A DNA stretch of 64,000 nt from Thermoplasmata archaeon (lineage in GTDB: Archaea > Thermoplasmatota > SW-10-69-26 > JACQPN01 > JAJPHT01). The position numbers and the translations under genes are program-made. Shown here piece after piece: positions 47,089 to 55,949 of the stretch (position 1 is its first letter; every line of letters starts with the position of its first letter). The stretch is from assembly GCA_034667685.1 (NCBI GenBank), contig JAXDQU010000021.1, positions 46,654 to 110,653 on the forward strand, written 5' to 3'. Under the pieces are notes generated by a model that saw nothing but the letters and a program-made list of their open reading frames with translations, ran no database searches and was not told where the DNA came from.

Positions 47089-48948
47089 CTAACGAGACAG
47101 GTTCAGGGTCGCGAGGACCGGCGCGTGGTCGCTGGCCGCCACGACGTCCGCACTGCGGATCACGTCCACGGACCGGGCGTCCCATTCGGCGCTCATCCAG
47201 ACCTGGTCGATGCGCTCCTGCGGGTCGAAGCTGGCGTACGTGTTCCCGGCGGTGTCGTTGGCGCCGTGGCCGCTGGCGACCCATGCGTCGCGGAAGGGCG
47301 AGGCCGCGAGCGTGCCGTAGACGTGGCCGCCGTCCTCGTCCTCGCACGTCGTGGGGCACGAGTTGAAGTCGCCCACCAGGAGGCGCGGTCCGTTCCGCGT
47401 GGCGGCGCGGGCGAGGAGCGCGTCGATCTGCGCGGCGCGGTCGTTGATGCCGAGGCCGAAGTGGACGCCGTAGAGCCAGACGTCGCGCCCGGCCACGGTG
47501 AGGCGCGTCTCGGTGACGTAGCGGTTGTCCTTCGTCGTGGGGAGCGCGAACCAGCTCGTCTCCTGCACGGGCGCGCGTGATAGCACCGCGCCGGCGAACC
47601 CTTCGGCCGAGGTGGCCGGGCCGTAGACGACGTGATAGCCCAGCCGGTCCGCGAGGATGCGCAAGAGGTCCAGGTTGCCGCTCGACATGCGCGTCGCGTC
47701 GTACTCCTGCGCCACGAGCACGTCGGGCTTCGCATCGCCGACGATCTTCACGAAGATCCCCGGATCGAGCGCGCCCGCGTTGTCGAACCCCTGGTGCAGG
47801 TTGAACGTCATCACGCGCAGCGTCGGCGACTGCGTCTCGGGCACCGCCGCCACGGGCAGCGCGAGGGGCGCCACCGCGAGGACCACGAGGAGCGCGGCCA
47901 CGATCGGCCCGGCGCGCGGCGTGGGCAGCCGGGCGGCGAGGCGCGGCGCGGCGAGGAGGGCGGGGATCGCCACGAGGAGGACCGCGAGCGGCGCGACCCA
48001 GGCCTGGTCGCCCTTCCAGAGCGCGCTTCCGGGCACGTAGGCGAAGACGAACCCGAACACGGCGAAGAACTGGAGGAGGATCATGACGAGCGCGGTCAGG
48101 CCCATCGTGCGCGCGCTGGCGGCGAAGGGGCGCGACGCGAGCGGGCCCACGAGCGCGACGAGGTCGGCGCCCATCGCGAGCTGCGCGAGGAACGCGCCCA
48201 GCGGGACCAGCGAGCTGTGGAGGAGCGCGTGGTCGAAGGCGAAGAGGAGCGCAGCGCCATTGAGCGCCAGGAGCGGCGCGCGGGGGGCCAGCCGCGGGGC
48301 CAGGAGCGCGCCCGCCGCGAGGCCCAGCGCGTCGGCGACGAGCACGAGCTTGAGATCAGCCTCGTTCCAGCGCGCGAGGCCGAACGGGTTGGCGAGGATC
48401 GCGGTCTCCAGGAAGAGCCACGCGCCAAGCCCGAGCGCGGCGAACCGGAGGCGGGGCGCTTCGCCTGCCGGAGCGGGCCGGAGCGGCCACGCGAGCGCGA
48501 CGAGAAGGACCGCCAGGGGCGCCACGAGGACCGGGCTCGCGAGCGTGGCGTCCCACGAGCGCCCCCACGCGACGAGCGCGACGTCGGCCGCGAAGCCCGC
48601 GACGATGCCGCACGCGACGAGCGTATCGGCACCAGAGAGGAGCGCCGCGAGCGTCACGAGGGCGGCGAGCGTCGCGAGGCCCGAGACGACGAGGTAGGCG
48701 TTGCCCGCGGGGACCCACGGCAGCGCGATGCGGCCCAGCGCGAGCGCCACGGCGCCGGCGCGCAGCCAGGGGCGCGCCTCGCCGCGCAGCGCCACGGGCA
48801 GCACCAGCAGGAGCGGAAGCGCGGCGGTCCACGTGAGGCCCAGCGCGTTGAGGTTGCCGTTGTAGACGCCCGAGACGAAGGCGCGCAGCGCGCCGGCGAA
48901 GAGCATCGTGGCGAGCAAGGCCGCGGCGGGGCGGCGCCAATCCTGCAT
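47089..48948 (-). CDS. polytopic membrane protein with C-terminal EEP phosphodiesterase domain
   Basis: More than 10 TM helices, then TFNLHQG, AQE, VGDFN, RIDQVW, SDHAPV. Confidence 0.85.
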   Translation of the reverse strand: MQDWRRPAAALLATMLFAGALRAFVSGVYNGNLNALGLTWTAALPLLLVLPVALRGEARPWLRAGAVALALGRIALPWVPAGNAYLVVSGLATLAALVTLAALLSGADTLVACGIVAGFAADVALVAWGRSWDATLASPVLVAPLAVLLVALAWPLRPAPAGEAPRLRFAALGLGAWLFLETAILANPFGLARWNEADLKLVLVADALGLAAGALLAPRLAPRAPLLALNGAALLFAFDHALLHSSLVPLGAFLAQLAMGADLVALVGPLASRPFAASARTMGLTALVMILLQFFAVFGFVFAYVPGSALWKGDQAWVAPLAVLLVAIPALLAAPRLAARLPTPRAGPIVAALLVVLAVAPLALPVAAVPETQSPTLRVMTFNLHQGFDNAGALDPGIFVKIVGDAKPDVLVAQEYDATRMSSGNLDLLRILADRLGYHVVYGPATSAEGFAGAVLSRAPVQETSWFALPTTKDNRYVTETRLTVAGRDVWLYGVHFGLGINDRAAQIDALLARAATRNGPRLLVGDFNSCPTTCEDEDGGHVYGTLAASPFRDAWVASGHGANDTAGNTYASFDPQERIDQVWMSAEWDARSVDVIRSADVVAASDHAPVLATLNLSR

Positions 48949-48972
48949 GCGCGCCGATCGGTTTCACAGCGT

Positions 48973-49917
48973 TTAGCTGATGCGAGATTCCTCGACGCGC
49001 GGCGGGGCGGCGGGCGCGGTCACGACGAGGGCGACGGCGGCGACGATCAGCGCGGTCGCCACGAGCGTCATGGGCCCGACGGCCTCGCCCGCGAGCAGCA
49101 CGCCCAGCGCCACCGCGACGATGGGGTTCACGAACGCGTACGTGGCGACGAGCTCGGGGCGCGAGACCTTCAGCAGCCAGACGTAGGCGCTGTAGGCGAC
49201 GATGCTGCCGAAGACCACGAGGAAGCCCAGCGAGAGCCACGCGCGCGGGCCGATGGCCGCGACCTGGAGTTGCGACGCCTCGCCGCGCGCCAGGCCGAGA
49301 AGCGCTAGGAGCGCGCCGCCCGCGAGCATCTCCATCGCCGCGCCCAGGAGCGCGCTCGCGGGGAGCTTGGCGCGGCGGGCGAAGAGGCTGCCCGCGCTCC
49401 AGAGGAAGCTCGCCAGGAGGATGATCGCGAGGCCCCAGCCCGAGGCCGCGCCGCCCGAGGCGACGAAGCCGGGCGCCACGAGCGCCGCGACCCCCGCGAG
49501 CCCGAGCGCGATGCCCACCGCGACCCGCCAGCCGGGCCGCGCGCCGCCCGAGCCCCACGTGAGGAGCGCGATGTGCACCGGGACGATGGCGATGAGCAGC
49601 GCGGCCAGGTGAGACTCGACGGTCTGCTCGGCGAGCGAGACGAGGCCGTTGCCGCCCACGATGAGGAGCGCGCCCACGATCGCCGCGTTGCGCCACTCGG
49701 CGAGCGTCGGCCTCGCGTCGCCCGCCGCGCGGCGCCACGCATGGAGCACGAGCCCCGCGAGGAGCCAGCGCGACGAGGCCATGAGGAAAGGCGGCACGTC
49801 GGCGACGGCGAAGCGGATCGCGAGGTACGTCGAGCCCCAGATCACGTACACGGCGGCGAACGCGGCGACGAGCTTGGCCCGCGAGGTCACGCGCCTCGAC
49901 GAGGCCCCCCTGCTCAT
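48973..49917 (-). CDS. EamA transporter (YedA-like)
   Basis: VYVIWGSTYLAIR, FGSIVAYSAY, YAFVNP. Confidence 0.92.
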   Translation of the reverse strand: MSRGASSRRVTSRAKLVAAFAAVYVIWGSTYLAIRFAVADVPPFLMASSRWLLAGLVLHAWRRAAGDARPTLAEWRNAAIVGALLIVGGNGLVSLAEQTVESHLAALLIAIVPVHIALLTWGSGGARPGWRVAVGIALGLAGVAALVAPGFVASGGAASGWGLAIILLASFLWSAGSLFARRAKLPASALLGAAMEMLAGGALLALLGLARGEASQLQVAAIGPRAWLSLGFLVVFGSIVAYSAYVWLLKVSRPELVATYAFVNPIVAVALGVLLAGEAVGPMTLVATALIVAAVALVVTAPAAPPRVEESRIS

Positions 49918-49988
49918 GAAGCTTGCACCGGCGGAGGCCGACGAACGCGCTTCGAAAGGGCGATGCATGCGTCAACCGTCGCGCGCGC

Positions 49989-50726
49989 ATGGCCTTCTGT
50001 CCCCATTGCGGCGCCACGGTCCCCGAGGGCGCCGCGTTCTGCGCGACGTGCGGCAAGCCGATCCTCGCCGACGCCGCCTCGCCCTCGACCGCCTACAGCA
50101 TGGCGCCCGAGCAGCCGCAGCGTCCCGCGCCGGGCCGCATCCAGGAGCCCTCGCAGGTGCTCGTGCTCTCCGCGGTCACGCTCACGGTCTACTTCTACGT
50201 CTGGCTCTGGCGCGTCACGGGCGAGGTCGACGCCTACGCCAACCGCCCGGGCGAGTCGCGCAACCTCGCGAGGGTGGGCATCGTGGCCGCCATCCTCGGC
50301 CTCGTGGTCAGCGCCACCGTCGCGATCGCCTACAGCGCGCCCGCCGCGATCCGCCGCGCCAACGGCGGCGCCGTGGCCATCCCCGCGTGGGTCTCGTACG
50401 CGTCCCTCGTGAGCGCGCTCGCCGTCGTCCTCGTCACGCTCGCGCTGCGCCGCGTCTGGGCGATCCTCGCGGACGACGCCCGTGCCCACGGCCGGCCCCC
50501 GCTGAACCTGGGCGCGCTCACGGCGATGTCGCTGGTCTCCGTGGCCGGCACGCTCGTGACCGTCGCCGGCGCGGCCCTCGCCTCCCCCGCGGCGCCCTTC
50601 AATCCGCTCAGCCCCGTGGGCGGCCTCCTCTCGCTGGCGGGCCTCGTCCTGTGGTTCGTCGTGCTCCACCGCACGCAGTCCGAGCTGAACGCGGCGTGGC
50701 GGGCGGCCCAGGCCCGTCCGGCGTAG
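49989..50726 (+). CDS. zinc-ribbon membrane protein (DUF4234-like)
   Basis: CPHCG..FCATCG, LSAVTL..Y..VW, and TM helices. Confidence 0.8.
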   Translation: MAFCPHCGATVPEGAAFCATCGKPILADAASPSTAYSMAPEQPQRPAPGRIQEPSQVLVLSAVTLTVYFYVWLWRVTGEVDAYANRPGESRNLARVGIVAAILGLVVSATVAIAYSAPAAIRRANGGAVAIPAWVSYASLVSALAVVLVTLALRRVWAILADDARAHGRPPLNLGALTAMSLVSVAGTLVTVAGAALASPAAPFNPLSPVGGLLSLAGLVLWFVVLHRTQSELNAAWRAAQARPA

Positions 50727-50764
50727 CGGCAACATTCTTGCCGCCCCCGCCCGTAGCGCGCCCG

Positions 50765-51766
50765 ATGAAAGCCGTGGTCATGGCCGGGGGCGAGGGGACG
50801 CGCCTGCGGCCGCTCACGCTCGACGTGCCGAAGCCCTTCCTCCGCGTGGCCGGCAAGCCCGCCATCGAGTACGCGCTCGACGCGCTCGTGGCGGCGGGCG
50901 TCCAGGACATCATCGTCACCACGTTCTACAAGCCCGAGCGTCTCATCCAGCACCTCGCGGGCGGCGCGCGTCTGAAGGCGCGCATCTTCTACAGCGTCGA
51001 GGACGAGGCCATGGGCACCGCGGGCGGCGTCGCCAAGTGCGCGCCGCTCCTGGGCGACGACACCGTGATCGTCCTCTCGGGCGACGTCATCGCCGACGTC
51101 AACGTCCGCGCGCTGGTCGACGCGCACAAGCGCAGCGGCGCCGTCGCGACGATGGCGCTCACCACCGTCGACAACCCCACCGAGTTCGGCATCGTGGGTC
51201 TCGACGAGACGGGGCGCATCGTCCGCTTCAAGGAGAAGCCGAAGGCCGAGGAGGTCTTCAGCAACCTCGTCAACGCCGGCATCTACGTCCTCTCGCCCGA
51301 GGCGCTCCGCGAGGTGCCGCAGGGGCAGACGTTCGACTTCAGCAAGCAGCTCTTCCCGAAGCTCCTGGAGTCGGGCCGCCGTCTGCAGGGCGTGCCGCTC
51401 GAAGGCTTCTGGATGGACGTGGGGCGCCCCGCCGACCTGCTCAAGGCGAGCCTCGCCTTGGGCCAGAAGCACCACGGCGGCACGCTGCGCGAAGGGGCGA
51501 AGGTCTCGCCGCAGGCGCGCGTCGCCCGCACCGACCTCTACCCGGGCGCGGCGGTCGAAGGCAGCGCGCACGTCGAGGACTGCATCCTCTACGACGGCGC
51601 GCGCGTCGAGGACCAGGCGCGCGTGACCGGCACCATCCTCGCGCCCGACGCGGTGATCGGGGCCGGCGCCAAGGTCGCGGACTGCGTGCTGGGCCGCGGC
51701 GCGCGCGTGAAGCCGGGCGCCACCCTCACGGGCGAGCGTGTGCAGCCTGGCCAAACGTCGGGCTGA
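50765..51766 (+). CDS. NDP-sugar synthase (mannose-1-phosphate guanylyltransferase family)
   Basis: AGGEGTRLRPLT..PKP, GTAGG, F.EKP, NAGIY, W.DVG, and hexapeptide repeats. Confidence 0.93.
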   Translation: MKAVVMAGGEGTRLRPLTLDVPKPFLRVAGKPAIEYALDALVAAGVQDIIVTTFYKPERLIQHLAGGARLKARIFYSVEDEAMGTAGGVAKCAPLLGDDTVIVLSGDVIADVNVRALVDAHKRSGAVATMALTTVDNPTEFGIVGLDETGRIVRFKEKPKAEEVFSNLVNAGIYVLSPEALREVPQGQTFDFSKQLFPKLLESGRRLQGVPLEGFWMDVGRPADLLKASLALGQKHHGGTLREGAKVSPQARVARTDLYPGAAVEGSAHVEDCILYDGARVEDQARVTGTILAPDAVIGAGAKVADCVLGRGARVKPGATLTGERVQPGQTSG

Positions 51767-51842
51767 CGCAACAACGATTGGTTGACCCGCCCCGGTTGCA
51801 GCCGGCGGCGAGGCTAAGCTTCCGCAAGGCGAGCAGGGGCGG

Positions 51843-52106
51843 ATGCGGGCGTACGCGATCAGCACGTTGCAGCTGGCCGCCCAGATGGGGTGCACGGCCG
51901 CCGACGCCGACCGCTTCGGCGCCGCGTACCGCGAGGCGACCGCGCGGGGGATCGCGGCCGAGGATGCGCTCCGCGCGGCGCTGCGCGCCTCGTTCCCCGA
52001 GCTGTCGGCCGAGGGGGCCGCGCTCTACGAGCAGCGCTTCGCCGACCCGGACGCCGCCGGGGCCATCGTCCGCCTGGCCCGGACGCCTCCGGCCCTCGAG
52101 GGCTGA
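51843..52106 (+). CDS. small hypothetical protein
   Basis: 87-aa ORF with plausible codon usage. Confidence 0.45.
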   Translation: MRAYAISTLQLAAQMGCTAADADRFGAAYREATARGIAAEDALRAALRASFPELSAEGAALYEQRFADPDAAGAIVRLARTPPALEG

Positions 52107-52186
52107 TAAACCCCTCGTGCCACGTCGCTCCCGCCCCGTCCCACCTTTTCAACCAGGCAAGCAACCTACTCGTCAGGCTGACCAGC

Positions 52187-52402
52187 ATGAGGCAAGACAA
52201 GGTCGGGGAGCTCCGCCAGCTTTTGGCGGCAGGCTACGAGGTCGAGTCGATCAACAGCGACGAGGAGTGCGTCGAGGCCGTGCTCCGCCGCGGGCCGCTG
52301 CGCATCAGCCTCACGTTCGTGGGCCGTGAGGCGACGGGCCTCTTGACCGTCGCGACGCCGGCGCTGGCGGAGAAGCGACGCCTCAGGCACTGGGGTGCGT
52401 AG
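52187..52402 (+). CDS. small hypothetical protein
   Basis: MRQDKVGELRQLLAAGYEVESI, preceded by an AT-richer promoter-like stretch. Confidence 0.5.
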   Translation: MRQDKVGELRQLLAAGYEVESINSDEECVEAVLRRGPLRISLTFVGREATGLLTVATPALAEKRRLRHWGA

Positions 52403-52413
52403 GCTTTTCCATC

Positions 52414-52621
52414 CACACGAAGGCCGACGGCCGAAGCCTCCGACGCCCCCTCATGCTGGCCTGCGCCGCCTCCAGCGGGAAAAATGGAATCTCGGAATCT
52501 CCGAATCTCCGAATCGAGTGGCTTGGCCGAGATTCCGTGATTCTGAGATTCGGCGCTTTCCGCGCGAAGCGCGCCCACGGCAGAGGCGACTTCGGAGGCT
52601 TCGGTCGTCGGCCTTCGTGTG
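52414..52621. repeat. layered palindromic element, family E
   Basis: 30-bp outer arms with one mismatch, CGCGCGAAGCGCG mini-hairpin, GAATCTCC units. Confidence 0.9.
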
Positions 52622-52624
52622 CCA

Positions 52625-52993
52625 TCAGGCGAGCGTCTTCTGCAAGGTGGTGGCCCACCCCGCCGCGACGAGGAGCAGCCCGACGCCGATCTCCAGGGGC
52701 ACGTGGAGCCACGCGCCGATCACCGCGACGAGCATCCCCGCGAGACGCACGCCCTGCCAGAGCGGGATCATCCGATCCGCCGCGGCCGCGCCCAGCCGCG
52801 TCGCGCCCACGCGGTCGAGGTCGCCGAAGCGCAGCACGAGCGCCGTCGCGACGAACGGGGGCGCGAGCAAGAGGACCGTCCCCCAGACAAGATGCTGCGC
52901 CCAGAACAGGAGCAGCGCCGCGAGCGCGCTGATGAGGTCGGTGGCGAGCTTCGCCGGGTGGACCTGGTGGACGCGCATCGCCTGCGGGTGCAT
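52625..52993 (-). CDS. small membrane protein
   Basis: HQVHPAKLATD followed by TM helices; starts 2 nt after the kinase stop. Confidence 0.7.
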   Translation of the reverse strand: MHPQAMRVHQVHPAKLATDLISALAALLLFWAQHLVWGTVLLLAPPFVATALVLRFGDLDRVGATRLGAAAADRMIPLWQGVRLAGMLVAVIGAWLHVPLEIGVGLLLVAAGWATTLQKTLA

Positions 52994-52995
52994 CC

Positions 52996-54681
52996 TCAGT
53001 CCGTCCAGTAGAGGAAGAAGAACGCCCAGATCAGGACGAAGAGCACCGCGGTGAAGAGGAACGGCACGAGCGCCGCGCTGTTGCCCGCCGCCATGATCCA
53101 CGCGATGCCCAGCACGAGCGCCGCCACGAGCGCCGTGAACGTATTGCGCAGGTTGCGCCGCTCCTCGCGCTCCAGCCGCTGGCCGCGGTGGTCCATGTCG
53201 ACGCGCACGCGGACCTCGTTGTTCTCCAGCATGCGCAGGACCTTGTTGACGCGCGCGGGGAAGTGGCGCGCGGCGTCCAGCGCCTCCAGCGCGCCAGATA
53301 GCATTTTCTCCCCCGAGTCCCCGACGCTGAACGCCTCCTTGCGCAGGTACTGGAAGACGTAGGGCTCCAGCACGTCCACCAGCTCGTAGCGCGGATCGAG
53401 CTTCTTGCAGAGCCCCTCGAACTGGAAGAGCGCCCGCGTGATGAGCATGAAGTCGGGCGGAAGCAGCATGTTGTGCTTGTTCGCCACGTCGAGGATCATC
53501 TCCAGCACGACCGGATCGCCCACGCTGGCCCGCTCGCGCTCGTGGTAGTCCATGATGCGCTCCATGTCGCGCATCAGCTCGCCCATGTCCACGTCGTTGC
53601 CGTGCCGGCAGATGTCGAGCAGCGCCTGCGCCACGCCGTCCAGGTCGCTGCGCACGAAGCCCAGGATCAGCGCCAGGATGCGCTCCGACCGGCGGCGGCT
53701 GACCGAGCCGACCGCGCCCCAATCGAGGAACGCGACCTGGTCGCTCCCCATCGCCATCAGGTTCCCCGGCGAAGGATCGGCATGGAAGAAGCGGACCTCG
53801 AAGATCTGCTTCGCCATCGCGTACGTGATGATCCGCGCCAGGCGCTTCCCGTCGAGCGCCTTGAGCTCCGGATTGTCGAAGTCGCTGAACTTGACGCCCT
53901 CGATGCGCTCCAGCGTCAGCACGCGGCGCGACGAGGCGTGCCAGTAGACCTGCGGGATCTTCACCGTCGCGTCGTCCTCGAACGCATCGCGGATCCGCTG
54001 GACGTTCTTCGCCTCGTTCCGGTAGTCCAGCTCGCGGTAGAGCATCTGCTGGACCTCCAGGAGGTGCTCGCGCGGCTGCCAGACGCGGCTCGCCGCGAAC
54101 AGGTTCTCCACGAAGCGCACCATCGGCTCCATGATCTCGAAGTCGACGCGCACCCGCTCCTCGATCCCCGGATGCTGCACCTTCACCGCCACGCGCTCGC
54201 CCCCGCGCAGCGTCGCGAAATGCACCTGCCCCACCGACGCCGAGGCGATGGGCACCTCGTCGAACTCCTCGAAGAGCTCCTTCATCGGCCGCCCCAGCTC
54301 CGACTCGATAAGCGCCTTGATCGCCGGGAACGGCGAGGCCGTCGTGCGGTCGTAGAGGTGGCGGAACTCGTCGAGGAACGGCTTCGAGACGAGATCCGGA
54401 CGCGTGCCGAGCAGCTGCCCGATCTTGATGAACGTCGGACCCAGCTGCTCCAGCATCCGACGCACCCGGCGCGGCGCATCCGCCGGGACGACGAGCTCCA
54501 TCGTGCCCACCACGTCGCCGGGCACGCGCTCCGCCCGCGCCACGTCGCGCATCATGCGGAAGAAATCGTTCTCATAGAGCACGCGGCTGATCTCGACCGT
54601 CCGCTGCAGCTTCGAGATCTTCCGCTGCTTCTCCTCAGCGGCGGACGCGGCTACGTCGCTCGACGCGCGCTCGTCCGCCAT
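52996..54681 (-). CDS. ABC1/UbiB (AarF) atypical kinase
   Basis: LGPTFIKIGQ, ASASVGQVH, VAVKVQHP, ELDY..E, FFHADP.PGN, LDWG, and 2 C-terminal TM helices. Confidence 0.95.
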   Translation of the reverse strand: MADERASSDVAASAAEEKQRKISKLQRTVEISRVLYENDFFRMMRDVARAERVPGDVVGTMELVVPADAPRRVRRMLEQLGPTFIKIGQLLGTRPDLVSKPFLDEFRHLYDRTTASPFPAIKALIESELGRPMKELFEEFDEVPIASASVGQVHFATLRGGERVAVKVQHPGIEERVRVDFEIMEPMVRFVENLFAASRVWQPREHLLEVQQMLYRELDYRNEAKNVQRIRDAFEDDATVKIPQVYWHASSRRVLTLERIEGVKFSDFDNPELKALDGKRLARIITYAMAKQIFEVRFFHADPSPGNLMAMGSDQVAFLDWGAVGSVSRRRSERILALILGFVRSDLDGVAQALLDICRHGNDVDMGELMRDMERIMDYHERERASVGDPVVLEMILDVANKHNMLLPPDFMLITRALFQFEGLCKKLDPRYELVDVLEPYVFQYLRKEAFSVGDSGEKMLSGALEALDAARHFPARVNKVLRMLENNEVRVRVDMDHRGQRLEREERRNLRNTFTALVAALVLGIAWIMAAGNSAALVPFLFTAVLFVLIWAFFFLYWTD

Positions 54682-54720
54682 GGCGGGCCGAAGATGGATC
54701 GGCCCCGTTCAAAGGTTTCT

Positions 54721-55266
54721 CTACTCGCTCTTCTTGCCCGACTTCTTGCGCGACGCGGGCTTCTCGTCCGCGGTGGACGAGCCGCCGTTGTCGTTGCCCA
54801 TCGGGAGCTCGCCAGGCGCGCTGCCCGCCGCCGGCTCGCCCGACGCCGTCGTCGTGCCCTCCTCGCGCTTCTCGCGCCGCAGGAAGCTGGGCGCGCGCTC
54901 GCCGAACTCGGCCTCCAGCTTCTCCACGCGCGCCTCGAACTCGCGCGTGAGCTGATCCATCCGCTTCTCCAGCTCGCCACGCGCCTTCTGGTACGTGTCG
55001 AGCGCGCGCGGCAAGACCTTCTCGTTGATCTCCGCGACCTGCTTCTCCGCCACCTCGCGCTGCGCGGCGACGAGCGCCTTCAGATCCTCCAGCATCTGGT
55101 TGCTGACCTCGCGCGTCACCTGCGCGGTCGGGCGGCGCACCACGAAATACTGCGCGTGCGGCTCCAGGTTCACGATCTGGCCCCACTCGTTGGCCTCCGT
55201 CGCGTGGACGAGGTCGGCAGGGCTGGTCTTGCGGGCAGGCGGAACGGTGGCGGTGGGGGCGGTCAT
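54721..55266 (-). CDS. coiled-coil, phasin-like protein
   Basis: Long amphipathic helix ending FEARVEKLEAE; sits upstream of the ABC1 kinase. Confidence 0.6.
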   Translation of the reverse strand: MTAPTATVPPARKTSPADLVHATEANEWGQIVNLEPHAQYFVVRRPTAQVTREVSNQMLEDLKALVAAQREVAEKQVAEINEKVLPRALDTYQKARGELEKRMDQLTREFEARVEKLEAEFGERAPSFLRREKREEGTTTASGEPAAGSAPGELPMGNDNGGSSTADEKPASRKKSGKKSE

Positions 55267-55271
55267 GGGGA

Positions 55272-55679
55272 TCACTCGGTGGACTTGGACGGGGACGCAG
55301 GCTTCTCGTCGGAAAGCGCGATCTCGACCTTCTCCTCGACGCGGTCGATCTGCTCGCCGACCCAGAACTCGACCTTCTCGTAGAGGCCCTGGAAGGAGCG
55401 CGGCGCGTTCTTCGCCAAGAACTCCTTCGTGGCCCGCTCCGGCGTCTCGAAACGACGCTTCAGGTCCTTGTACTGCTGGAACGCGACCTTCATGTGCTCG
55501 TTCGTGGCGACCTGGATCTCGCGCACCAGATCCTTCGCGCCCAGCTTCACGTCGGTCTGCTCGCCCGGAAGGATCACAAGGACCTCCTGACCCGCATACT
55601 CGGTGAAACCGGAGATCTGGCCGTTGGGGCTGACGCGCTTGGTCCCGAGGACCTTGCCGTTGCCAATGTCGATCTTCAT
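55272..55679 (-). CDS. AbrB/DUF2080-like beta-hairpin domain plus amphipathic helical domain
   Basis: KRVSPNGQISGFTEYAGQEVLVILP followed by helices. Confidence 0.6.
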   Translation of the reverse strand: MKIDIGNGKVLGTKRVSPNGQISGFTEYAGQEVLVILPGEQTDVKLGAKDLVREIQVATNEHMKVAFQQYKDLKRRFETPERATKEFLAKNAPRSFQGLYEKVEFWVGEQIDRVEEKVEIALSDEKPASPSKSTE

Positions 55680-55698
55680 GGAGCGCACGACGCTGCGC

Positions 55699-55717
55699 CA
55701 TTGTGGGTGGCACAATG
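55699..55717. promoter_or_regulatory. operator-like inverted repeat
   Basis: CATTGTG-N5-CACAATG about 20 nt upstream of the 55679 start. Confidence 0.5.
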
Positions 55718-55780
55718 ATGCACGTGCTCGTAGGGTCAGGGGGTAGAAAAGGATTTCGCGTCAGGCGGCAGCGCGTGGCC

Positions 55781-55866
55781 ACACGCGGCGCCGCTTTGCG
55801 CGACCCGGCGCCGCTCGCGCCCACCCGGCGCTGTCTTGCGCCACGCGGCGCCGGGTGGCGCCACGT
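55781..55866. repeat. phased 10/20-nt tandem array
   Basis: CCACNCGGCG-like units recur every 20 nt, alternating with CCG....GCG units. Confidence 0.7.
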
Positions 55867-55949
55867 TCACCAGCGTTGCTATAGAGCGCAGCACCTGGCT
55901 GGACCTCGCCCAGCCCGGCGCCGGGTGCACGCAGGAGGCGCCGGGTCGA

